Notes under the pieces: model-generated
What the model was told of the DNA's origin: nothing
What the model saw: only the letters and a program-made list of their open reading frames with translations
The model's database searches: none
Program-made: the position numbers and the translations under genes
Part shown: piece by piece, positions 20,489 through 28,707 of the stretch
How the letters are laid out: the number at the start of each line of letters is the position of its first letter
Numbering within the stretch: position 1 is the first letter of the stretch
Assembly (NCBI GenBank): GCA_964347615.1
Contig: CAYFZO010000012.1
Location: forward strand, 1 to 62,922
Direction: 5' to 3'
DNA from: an uncultured Chromatiales bacterium
GTDB lineage: Bacteria > Pseudomonadota > Gammaproteobacteria > Poriferisulfidales > Oxydemutatoraceae
Length of the DNA: 62,922 bases

Positions 20489-21032
20489 GCCGCCCTCTCA
20501 CGTCGCCGAGCAAACTGACCTCTCCGCGTTCAAGGTCGGCAACCATGCCGCGCCCTTCCATCCGTTGTCCGCCGCGCTCGATGACCACCCGTTCCTGCGT
20601 CACCGCAATCCACTCCTCGGTCTTGACCTCGACGTCGCGGGTATCCACCGTCTCCACGGCACCTTCGACACCGGCGGGACGAATCAATTCGACCGCGCCG
20701 TCGAGCTTGACCAAGCGACCTTTCTCCAACACCCTCCCCGACTCCGAGCGCAACGACATGGTTTGCACCCCGTCGGAGTAATACCGCATTTCAAGCGGGT
20801 CGAGCGCGAGCATCCGGCTTTCGCGCCAGTGCCGCACTCGAGCGCTTTCGCTGTGGTAGCGCCTGAGCCCGTCCGGTGCATAGACGCTCGAAACAACCTC
20901 GCTCAGTTCTCCGTCCACGGCGGGAGGGGCGCCGGCGGGAAGCGGCGGCGAAGCCGCGGGCAGCAGGTACGGAATCACCGCGAGCAAAGCGACGACGACG
21001 CAATAAAGCGGAAACACGGAACGATTCATCAT
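20478..21032 (-). CDS. lptC: LPS export periplasmic protein LptC
   Basis: N-terminal TM helix then a beta-jellyroll-like region ending GRGMVADLERGEVSLLGDVRG; upstream of lptA; ATG at 21032 or 21029. Confidence 0.85.
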   Translation of the reverse strand: MMNRSVFPLYCVVVALLAVIPYLLPAASPPLPAGAPPAVDGELSEVVSSVYAPDGLRRYHSESARVRHWRESRMLALDPLEMRYYSDGVQTMSLRSESGRVLEKGRLVKLDGAVELIRPAGVEGAVETVDTRDVEVKTEEWIAVTQERVVIERGGQRMEGRGMVADLERGEVSLLGDVRGRHEQ

Positions 21033-21383
21033 GGGAACTATATACCGAAATCTACACCGAACCTCTACCAAGCTGTGAAACAGCCCCGTGCTGATAAAGC
21101 TTGAGCGGTGCTTGAGTTACAAGACGTCGGTGGAGAAGGTGCTCACGGCATACACGGGTCAGCACTGCAACGCTTACGGACGCACTGAGAAAGCGAACGG
21201 AAAGGAACAAAGCGAGTTCAGGTGCCGCGAACGCGGGCGTCCGGACAATGCGGACGTGAATGCCGCATTGAACGTCCTGGCCTCCGGGAACGGGGCTGCC
21301 GGGCGCGGAGACCGCAACGTTGGTTGGCCGTTGAAGCGTCAAATTGATGCGGAAGTCTCCGTCGGTTCTTGTACATAACCCCC
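21033..21383 (+). mobile_element. Complete TIR-to-TIR miniature element E2 (351 bp) carrying a decayed tnpB C-terminal fragment (21088-21378)
   Basis: Left gggaactatata at 21033-21044; right tacataaccccc at 21372-21383; internal frame ...AYTGQHCNAYG...DNADVNAALNVL...RQIDA is homologous to E1 tnpB; fills the kdsC-lptC gap. Confidence 0.8.
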
Positions 21384-21385
21384 GT

Positions 21386-21913
21386 TCATTTCGAGCAATA
21401 CTCAAGCACCTCTTCCCACTGGCCTTGTTCCTTGATCAGGGCGTCGCACAGCTCACGCGCCGCGCCGCGACCGCCGTCGGCGCGCGCGACCCAATGCGCA
21501 CGTTTTATGACCTCAGGATGCGCGTCGGCGACCGCACACGCGAGACCGGCACGGCGCATCGGCGCAATATCCGGCAGATCGTCGCCCATGTAAGCCGACT
21601 GCTCGGCTTCGACGCCGCAGGCTTCGAGCAGACGTTGAAACGCCGCTCCCTTGTCTCGTTCCCCCTGATACACGTGCTCGACGCCGAGCTCCTCCATGCG
21701 CCGGGCAACGGCGGCGGAACGCCGCCCCGAAAGCACCGCGACCTGTACGCCGTAGTGGAGCAGCAAGGAGATTCCGTGGCCGTCCTTGACGTTGAACGCC
21801 GGTCCACCCCGCCCCTCGTCGTCGAAATAAAGCCGTCCGTCGGTCAATACGCCGTCGACGTCAAAGATCACGAGCCTGACGGAAACCGCGCGGCGTTTGA
21901 AAGAGTCGCTCAT
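21386..21913 (-). CDS. kdsC: KDO-8-phosphate phosphatase (HAD family)
   Basis: FDVDGVLTDG, FNVKDGHG, YMGDDLPD, GGRGAARELCD. Confidence 0.95.
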   Translation of the reverse strand: MSDSFKRRAVSVRLVIFDVDGVLTDGRLYFDDEGRGGPAFNVKDGHGISLLLHYGVQVAVLSGRRSAAVARRMEELGVEHVYQGERDKGAAFQRLLEACGVEAEQSAYMGDDLPDIAPMRRAGLACAVADAHPEVIKRAHWVARADGGRGAARELCDALIKEQGQWEEVLEYCSK

Positions 21914-21944
21914 CGGAGATTTTGCCGAGCAGGGAGTATAAAAT

Positions 21945-22050
21945 GGGAATTATATAGGAAAGTCGACAAACAGGCATTAAAATAACTCCATGAAGACTCA
22001 CCGAGCAATCCGCTGTCGCGTTCACCCGAAAAGTGAGTCACAGGCGAAGC
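21945..22050 (+). mobile_element. Left-end remnant E4 of the tnpB element (TIR, leader and first tnpB codons)
   Basis: gggaattatata at 21945-21956; gacaaacaggcattaaaataactccATGaagactcaccgagcaatccgc matches E1 gacaaacaggtagtaaaataacgcaATGaaagtacaccgcacaatccgt (MKTHRAIR vs MKVHRTIR). Right boundary approximate. Confidence 0.75.
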
Positions 22051-22126
22051 GTCGGCGGTTTTGCGCAACGCACCGAAACAAAACAGAAACGGCGTCCAGC
22101 GTAGCGCCAAGTACAAGCGAGGTCTT

Positions 22127-22450
22127 ATGAACGTTCAACTGTCAGCGCAACACATCGAAATCACCGAAGCCATCCGCGACGTCATCGAGGAAAAGATGGC
22201 GAGACTCAGAAACCACTTTGACAACATGGTGGACGTCCACGTGAACCTCAAGGTGGAAAAATTGAACCACACCGCCGAAGCGACGATCCACGTGCGCGGA
22301 CACACTTTATTCGCCGTGGCCGTCGCCGAAGACATGTACGCCGCGATAGACGCCTTGGTCGGAAAGCTCAACCGCCAGATCATCAAGCACAAAGAGAAAC
22401 TCAAGAGCCACCACGAAAAAGAGGTGGTTCATCATCATCCGCGGAAATGA
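22127..22450 (+). CDS. hpf: Ribosome hibernation promoting factor
   Basis: MNVQLSAQHIEITEAIR...DMYAAIDALVGKLNRQIIKHKEK; ATG at 22127 after GAGG. Confidence 0.95.
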   Translation: MNVQLSAQHIEITEAIRDVIEEKMARLRNHFDNMVDVHVNLKVEKLNHTAEATIHVRGHTLFAVAVAEDMYAAIDALVGKLNRQIIKHKEKLKSHHEKEVVHHHPRK

Positions 22451-22469
22451 GACCGGAGCGCTGAAAACA

Positions 22470-22934
22470 ATGGATTTCTGTTCGTGTCTGTCCCCTGCGT
22501 CGGTGCACCTTGACGACCCGGCGCACAGCAAAAAGAAAGTCTTGGAAACGCTCGCCGACGCGCTTGCGGCGGAAAGCGGACTCAAACCGCAGACGGTGTT
22601 CGAACACCTGCTCGAACGCGAAAAGCTCGGCAGCACCGGACTCGGCAAAGGCGTCGCCGTACCGCACTGCCGCGTTGCCGGAGTCACCCGGCCGCTGGCA
22701 GGATTGCTCAGAACCCGATCCGGCGTTGATTACGACGCCCCGGACGGCGTGCCGGTGTCGTTGTTTTTCGCGTTGCTGGCGCCAGAAGAAGCCACCGACG
22801 AACATTTGCAACTGCTGGCTGAGCTCGCGGGCAAGCTCAGCGAGCCCGAACGGATAAAACGCCTGCACCGAGCGCAAGACGCGGTGCAAATCATCGCCGC
22901 GCTGCGGGAACGCGCTCCGTCACACGCCGCATGA
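22470..22934 (+). CDS. ptsN: PTS EIIA(Ntr)
   Basis: SKKKVLE...REKLGSTGLGKGVAVPHCR phospho-His motif; follows hpf. Confidence 0.92.
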   Translation: MDFCSCLSPASVHLDDPAHSKKKVLETLADALAAESGLKPQTVFEHLLEREKLGSTGLGKGVAVPHCRVAGVTRPLAGLLRTRSGVDYDAPDGVPVSLFFALLAPEEATDEHLQLLAELAGKLSEPERIKRLHRAQDAVQIIAALRERAPSHAA

Positions 22935-23866
22935 ACGAGGAACCGACGGTACAGACCCTGCACGAAGCCTTGGGCGAGGAACTGCACCTGACCTGGCTCG
23001 CGGGCAAGCGCGGCGGCGACAAAAGGTTTCTCAAAGACACCGAAAATCCGAAAGCCGACGTCGCCGGCTACTTCAACCTGATTCATTCCAGCCAAGTGCA
23101 AATCATCGGGCACACCGAATTCAGCTACCTCGAATCACTGAACCAAGCCAATTTCAAATCCGCGCTCGGCAAACTGTTTTCCAAGGAGACCATCCTCGTC
23201 GTCATGGCAAACGACCTGGACCCGCCCGACGAGATGCTCGCGCTTGCCGACAAGCACAACGTCGGCCTGTTCAAGTCGGATCTCAGCGGCGAACACCTGA
23301 GCAACGACCTGCGTTATTACTTAACCCGCCAGCTGGCGAAACAAACCACTTCACACGGCGTTTTCATGGAGGTACTCAGCGTCGGCGTGCTGCTCACCGG
23401 CGCAAGCGGAGTCGGCAAAAGCGAGCTCGCGCTCGAGCTGATTACTCGAGGCCACCGTTTGATCGCCGACGACGCGCCGCTGTTCGCGCGCATCGCCCCG
23501 GACATCATCGTCGGCACCTCACCGCCGGTGATTCAGGATTTTCTCGAAGTGCGTGGCCTCGGCGTCCTGAACATCCGCCAGATGTACGGCGACAGCGCGG
23601 TCAAACCCAGCAAGTACCTCAAGTTAATCATTGACCTGCAACCGTTGCACGGAAAAAGCGCCGATAAGAACCGGCTGGTCACACCGACGCAAACCAGCAA
23701 AATGCTCGACATGGAGATTCCCATATTCACCTTGCCCGTGGCACCGGGACGCAACCTTGCAGTGCTGGTCGAAGCGGCGGTCAGGAACCACATCCTCAGG
23801 CTGGGGGAATACCACGCCGACGTTGACATCATGACCCGTCAACGAAAGATGATGAAAAGAACATGA
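22931..23866 (+). CDS. hprK: HPr kinase/phosphorylase
   Basis: GASGVGKSELALEL, LIADD, LEVRGLG, PGRNLAVLVE. Confidence 0.95.
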   Translation: MNEEPTVQTLHEALGEELHLTWLAGKRGGDKRFLKDTENPKADVAGYFNLIHSSQVQIIGHTEFSYLESLNQANFKSALGKLFSKETILVVMANDLDPPDEMLALADKHNVGLFKSDLSGEHLSNDLRYYLTRQLAKQTTSHGVFMEVLSVGVLLTGASGVGKSELALELITRGHRLIADDAPLFARIAPDIIVGTSPPVIQDFLEVRGLGVLNIRQMYGDSAVKPSKYLKLIIDLQPLHGKSADKNRLVTPTQTSKMLDMEIPIFTLPVAPGRNLAVLVEAAVRNHILRLGEYHADVDIMTRQRKMMKRT

Positions 23867-24723
23867 GGTTGACCATCGTCAGCGGCGTCTCGGGCGCCGG
23901 CAAGTCGGTCGCACTGCACGCTCTCGAAGACGACGGGTTCTATTGCATAGACAACCTTCCCGTCGCACTCATGCTTGAGCTCGTCGAGAAGATCGCGCGC
24001 GGTGAACTCGACCTCAACGACGACGTCGCCGTAAGCATGGACATCCGCAGCCTCGGCAAAACGACGGCGTTCAGCATCAAGCCGATACTTGAACGCCTCA
24101 GGAAAGAAAGCGTCGAAACCACCGTGATATTCCTCGAAGCCGATGAAAACACGCTGCTCAGACGCTACAGCGAGGCACGCCGCCCGCATCCGATGGCGCG
24201 TGAAAGCAAAACCCTCAGAGAGGCAATCGGGCTTGAACGCGCCTGTCTCGACGAAGTCCTGACCCATACCGACCTGAGGATCGACACCACCGAGCTGAAC
24301 CAATGGCAGCTCGGCGAACATATTCGTTCCCGGCTGCGTCTCGGCGGCAAAAAACTGCCGGTGCTGATTCAGTCGTTCGGCTACAAAAAAGGCGTACCGC
24401 TCGACTCGGACTTCGTGTTTGACGCGCGCTGCCTGCCGAACCCCCACTGGAACCCCGAACTCAGGGAAATGACCGGCTGCGACGCACCGGTCGTAAAGTT
24501 TCTGGAGACCGACCCCGGTTGCGACGCGCTGTTCGAGCAAATCCGGACTTTCGTTGAAAACTGGCTCCAGCGATTCGGAAAAACACCGAAAGCCTGCCTG
24601 ACGCTGTCGATCGGCTGTACCGGCGGACAACATCGTTCGGTCTACGTCGTTGAACGCCTGTACTCGACAATGGCCGGCAGCAAAGAATATCGCGTCAGCA
24701 AGAATCACCGCGAGCTGTCCTGA
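23863..24723 (+). CDS. rapZ: RNase adapter RapZ / P-loop NTPase
   Basis: SGVSGAGKS, CIDNLP, SFGYKKGVP, FDARCLPNP, GCTGGQHRS. Confidence 0.95.
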   Translation: MRLTIVSGVSGAGKSVALHALEDDGFYCIDNLPVALMLELVEKIARGELDLNDDVAVSMDIRSLGKTTAFSIKPILERLRKESVETTVIFLEADENTLLRRYSEARRPHPMARESKTLREAIGLERACLDEVLTHTDLRIDTTELNQWQLGEHIRSRLRLGGKKLPVLIQSFGYKKGVPLDSDFVFDARCLPNPHWNPELREMTGCDAPVVKFLETDPGCDALFEQIRTFVENWLQRFGKTPKACLTLSIGCTGGQHRSVYVVERLYSTMAGSKEYRVSKNHRELS

Positions 24724-24725
24724 CC

Positions 24726-25115
24726 ATGGTCGGTGTTCTTCTGGTCACCCACGCGGGCACGGGCAAAGCCATCGTCGACGCGGCGCGCGCAACGCTCGGC
24801 AAGGAACCGCCGCTCAAAACCCGGACGTTCCCGGTCGCGCTCGATTGCGAGCCCGACTCGGCCACGCGGGAGATCCGCCGGCTGTGCCACGAACTCGACG
24901 ACGGCGACGGCGTGCTGATCTTGACCGACCTTTACGGCTCGACCCCGTGCAACGTCAGCACGAACTGTCGCCGAGACGGCGCGGTGCACGTCGTCACCGG
25001 CGTCAATCTTGCAATGCTGCTCAAAATCATGAACTACCACTCGCTCGACCTGCCCGCGCTGACCGAAAAAGCGCTCGAAGGCGGACGAGGCGGCGTGATG
25101 GAATCGTGCAAATGA
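24726..25115 (+). CDS. PTS EIIA, mannose/fructose type
   Basis: LLVTHA phospho-His site, LILTDLYGSTPCN, GVNLAML. Confidence 0.9.
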   Translation: MVGVLLVTHAGTGKAIVDAARATLGKEPPLKTRTFPVALDCEPDSATREIRRLCHELDDGDGVLILTDLYGSTPCNVSTNCRRDGAVHVVTGVNLAMLLKIMNYHSLDLPALTEKALEGGRGGVMESCK

Positions 25116-25381
25116 TTCAACGCAAGCTGAAAATCATCAATAAGCTCGGGCTGCACGCCCGTGCGGCGTCGAAATTCGTGGAACTCGCGTCAGGCTTCAT
25201 CAGCCACGTAGAGGTAATCAAGGACGACAAGAAAGTCAACGGCAAAAGCATCATGGGCATCATGATGCTCGCCGCGGCGCGCGGCGCCGAATTGACGTTG
25301 ACCGCCGACGGCGAAGACGAAACCGAAGCCGTCGCCGCTCTCGGTGCGCTGATCCAAAACCGCTTCGGGGAAAACGAGTAG
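25112..25381 (+). CDS. ptsH: Phosphocarrier protein HPr/NPr
   Basis: NKLGLHARAA and GKSIMGIMML; ATG at 25112 overlaps the upstream stop (ATGA). Confidence 0.92.
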   Translation: MIQRKLKIINKLGLHARAASKFVELASGFISHVEVIKDDKKVNGKSIMGIMMLAAARGAELTLTADGEDETEAVAALGALIQNRFGENE

Positions 25382-25383
25382 CC

Positions 25384-27108
25384 GTGAGCGTCCTGATCAA
25401 CGGTATCGGCGTATCCCGCGGCGTCAGCATCGGCGTCGCACACCTGCTGTACCGCGGCATGGTCGAGATCGAAGAACGCCGCGTGCCGAAAAACAAGATC
25501 AAGACGGAAATCGCGCGCTTTCAGGACGCGCAGAAGGAAGCGGTGAAGCACTTGCGCAAAATCCGCAACACGATCCCGAAAGACGCACCGGCGGACATCG
25601 CAAGTTTCATAGACTCCCACCTCCTGATGCTCGACGACTCCCTGCTCGGGGAAGCACCGATAGACATCATCAGGAAGAACCGCTGCAACGCCGAGTGGGC
25701 GCTCAAACTCCAACAGGAACAACTGGTCAAAGTGTTCGACCAGATGCACGACGATTACCTGCGCACCCGCCGCAACGACGTCGAGCACGTCATCAGCTTG
25801 ATTCAGAGATTCCTGACCAACCGCGACTACGGTGCCGAAGCCCACGACGTCGACCGCAAGAATCAGATCATCATCGCCGACGACCTCACCCCGGCCGATA
25901 CCATCATGCTCCAACATCAGCACGTCGCGGGATTCGTCACCGAGCTGGGCGGAACGACTTCACACACCGCAATCCTTGCGCGCAGCCTCGGTATCCCGGC
26001 GGTCGTCGCGGCACACAACGCCCGCAGACTGCTGCGCGACGGCGAAGAAATCATCCTCGACGGACACGCCGGCACCGTAACCGCGGGCGCCGACAACAAA
26101 CTGCTCAAGGAATACCGCAAAAAGCAACGCGAAGAAAAACTGTATTGGCGTGAGCTGCAGCTGCTGGTCGACAAGGCCGCGCTGACCAAAGACAAGATCC
26201 GGGTCAAGCTGATGACCAACGTGGACGTCGCCGAAGACGTGCGTAACCTGAAAAACAGCGGCGCCGACGGCATCGGCCTGTACCGCACCGAGTTCCTGTA
26301 CTTGGGACAAGACCGGATAACCGACGAAGATAAACAGCTTCAGACCTACCGAAAAGTCCTGCGGGTAATGGAAGGCAAGCCCGTCACCGTCCGCACCCTG
26401 GACCTCGGCGCGGAAAAGGAGTTCGACCCGGAGTACGAACGCCCGCTGGCGCCGAACCCCGCGCTCGGCCTGCGTGCAATCAGACGCTCGCTCAAAGACC
26501 CCGAGATCTTCCTGATCCAGCTGCGTGCAATCCTGCGCGCGTCGGCCTACGGACCGACGCGCATCATGTTTCCGATGCTGACCAATATGTACGAGCTCCG
26601 CCAAGCCCTGCAGCTGCTCGAGACCGCGAAAGAACAGCTGCAGGAAAGCAGGAAGCGGTACGACGAAAACATCGAGATAGGCGGCATGATCGAGGTGCCG
26701 GCGGCGGCGCTGCTGGCGCCGATTCTGGCCAAGCATCTGGACTTCTTGTCGATCGGCACCAACGACCTGATTCAATACACCTTGGCGATCGACCGGATCG
26801 ACGACGAAGTCAGTTACCTTTACGACCCGTTGCATCCGGGATTCCTGAAACTCGTCACGATGGTGATCCAGGCCGGTGAACGGGCGAAAGTGCCCGTGGC
26901 GATGTGCGGAGAAATGGCGGGCGACACGCATTACACCCGCCTTCTGCTCGGACTCGGACTCAAGGAATACAGCGTCTATCCGTCGGCGTTGCCGGAAGTC
27001 AAGAAAATCATCCGCGACAGCAACGTCGCCGAACTGAAGAAAAAATGCCGCGCGATACTGAACCACTCCGACCAGCATAAGATCGCGCGGTTGGTCGCGG
27101 CGCTGTAA
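25384..27108 (+). CDS. ptsI: PEP-protein phosphotransferase, enzyme I (no GAF domain)
   Basis: GGTTSHTAILARS, GLYRTEF, SIGTNDLIQY, MCGEMAG. Confidence 0.95.
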   Translation: MSVLINGIGVSRGVSIGVAHLLYRGMVEIEERRVPKNKIKTEIARFQDAQKEAVKHLRKIRNTIPKDAPADIASFIDSHLLMLDDSLLGEAPIDIIRKNRCNAEWALKLQQEQLVKVFDQMHDDYLRTRRNDVEHVISLIQRFLTNRDYGAEAHDVDRKNQIIIADDLTPADTIMLQHQHVAGFVTELGGTTSHTAILARSLGIPAVVAAHNARRLLRDGEEIILDGHAGTVTAGADNKLLKEYRKKQREEKLYWRELQLLVDKAALTKDKIRVKLMTNVDVAEDVRNLKNSGADGIGLYRTEFLYLGQDRITDEDKQLQTYRKVLRVMEGKPVTVRTLDLGAEKEFDPEYERPLAPNPALGLRAIRRSLKDPEIFLIQLRAILRASAYGPTRIMFPMLTNMYELRQALQLLETAKEQLQESRKRYDENIEIGGMIEVPAAALLAPILAKHLDFLSIGTNDLIQYTLAIDRIDDEVSYLYDPLHPGFLKLVTMVIQAGERAKVPVAMCGEMAGDTHYTRLLLGLGLKEYSVYPSALPEVKKIIRDSNVAELKKKCRAILNHSDQHKIARLVAAL

Positions 27109-27192
27109 CCCGAAATTCCCGAAGCGCCCGGCCCGGCGCAAGGCACGCGGCACCGGGTATCAGTTAAACTGACGCCTTTACTCAGGCCGGAA

Positions 27193-27231
27193 ACTTGACC
27201 CGACTTGACCCGACTTAACCCGATTTAACCC
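27193..27231 (+). repeat. 10-bp tandem repeat x4 immediately upstream of mgtE
   Basis: acttgacccg acttgacccg acttaacccg atttaaccc. Confidence 0.85.
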
Positions 27232-27242
27232 AGGGAAACCCC

Positions 27243-28589
27243 ATGCCGGAAAACCAGCAACGCATACTGCTTGAACGCTTCACCGAGCTGCTCAACTCGG
27301 GCGCGATGATGCGCACCCAGCAGAATCTGAAAGGATTGCATCCGGCGGAAATCGCCGATTTGCTCGAGTCGCTGCCGATTCCTCAACGGCGCATCCTGTG
27401 GGGCTTGCTCAGTCCCGACGTCGAAGGCGAAGTGCTGCACGAAGTCAGCGAAGGGGTGCGCGGAGACCTGATAGACGTCACCGACCCCGAGGAACTCGTC
27501 TCGGCGCTCGAAGGGCTCGACGTCGACAAGCTCGCCGACTTGTTCACCGAGCTGCCGTCAACCGTCGGTAACCGCGCACTCGCCGGCATGGAGGCGCAGA
27601 ATCGCAAACGCCTCGAGCAAGTGTTGTCGTACGACAAGGACAGCGCCGGCGGGCTGATGGACCTCGACGCCGTTACCGTCAGGACCAACGTCACTCTCGA
27701 CATCGTACTGCGCTACCTTCGCATTCGCCGCAAGCTGCCGCCGTACACCAACAAACTGATCGTGGTGGACAACTCCAACCGCTATCTCGGTACCTTGCAG
27801 CTGTCGAAGCTGCTGACCGAAAACCCCGACACGCCGGTCTTGGAAATCATGGATCGAGACAGCCTGAGCATCGAGGCCGAAACCTCCGCGTCCGAAGTGG
27901 CAAAGCTGTTTGAAGACCGCAATCTGGTGTCGGCGCCCGTCGTCGACAAGAACCGGCGGCTGCTCGGACGCATCACGATCGACGACGTCGTCGACGTAAT
28001 CCGCAGCGAAGCGCAACAGGCCGAATTCAGTGCCGCCGGACTGCCTCTCGACGAAAACCTGTTCAACCCGGCAGCCGAGTCGGCGAAGCGGCGCGCGCTG
28101 TGGCTCGGCGTCAATCTCGGGACCGCGTTCCTCGCGTCCTGGGTCATCAGCCTGTTTCAAGGCACTCTGGAGAAAATCATCGCGCTCGCGGTGCTGATAC
28201 CGGTCGTCGCAAGCATGGGCGGCATCGCCGGCGGACAAACGCTGACGCTGGTCATCCGTGGCATCGCAACCGGACAAATCGGACGCGGCAACACCCAACG
28301 GCTGTTGCTCAAGGAGTCGGCGGTCGGATTGATCAACGGCGTCGCTTGGGCGGTGACGGTCGCGCTGGTGACGATATTCTGGTTCGGCGACCCGTTCATG
28401 GGTCTGGTCATCGGCGCGGCGATGATCGTCAACTTGCTGTGTGCGGGACTCGCCGGCACCTCGGTACCGATACTCCTGAAAAAACTCGGGATAGACCCCG
28501 CGCTCGCCGGCGGCGTCGTGCTGACCACGATCACCGACGTCGTCGGCATCCTCGCGTTTCTCGGGCTGGCGACAATCTTCCTGCTGTAG
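27243..28589 (+). CDS. mgtE: Magnesium transporter MgtE
   Basis: LHPAEIADLLE N-domain, CBS pair (GRITIDDVVD), TM domain with ASMGGIAG and TTITDVVG. Confidence 0.95.
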   Translation: MPENQQRILLERFTELLNSGAMMRTQQNLKGLHPAEIADLLESLPIPQRRILWGLLSPDVEGEVLHEVSEGVRGDLIDVTDPEELVSALEGLDVDKLADLFTELPSTVGNRALAGMEAQNRKRLEQVLSYDKDSAGGLMDLDAVTVRTNVTLDIVLRYLRIRRKLPPYTNKLIVVDNSNRYLGTLQLSKLLTENPDTPVLEIMDRDSLSIEAETSASEVAKLFEDRNLVSAPVVDKNRRLLGRITIDDVVDVIRSEAQQAEFSAAGLPLDENLFNPAAESAKRRALWLGVNLGTAFLASWVISLFQGTLEKIIALAVLIPVVASMGGIAGGQTLTLVIRGIATGQIGRGNTQRLLLKESAVGLINGVAWAVTVALVTIFWFGDPFMGLVIGAAMIVNLLCAGLAGTSVPILLKKLGIDPALAGGVVLTTITDVVGILAFLGLATIFLL

Positions 28590-28635
28590 GCGAGCTTAAG
28601 CACCGCCTCCTTGTCGCTACGCATCGACGCGCCGG

Positions 28636-28644
28636 TGTTATAAT
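28636..28644 (+). promoter_or_regulatory. Extended -10 element (TGnTATAAT) upstream of sat-cysC
   Basis: TGTTATAAT ends 63 nt before ATG 28708. Confidence 0.5.
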
Positions 28645-28707
28645 CACGCGAATTGTCCGCAGGCAGGTTCCTTTACCAGCGTAATTTGGCGGATAAGCAA
28701 GAGACCC

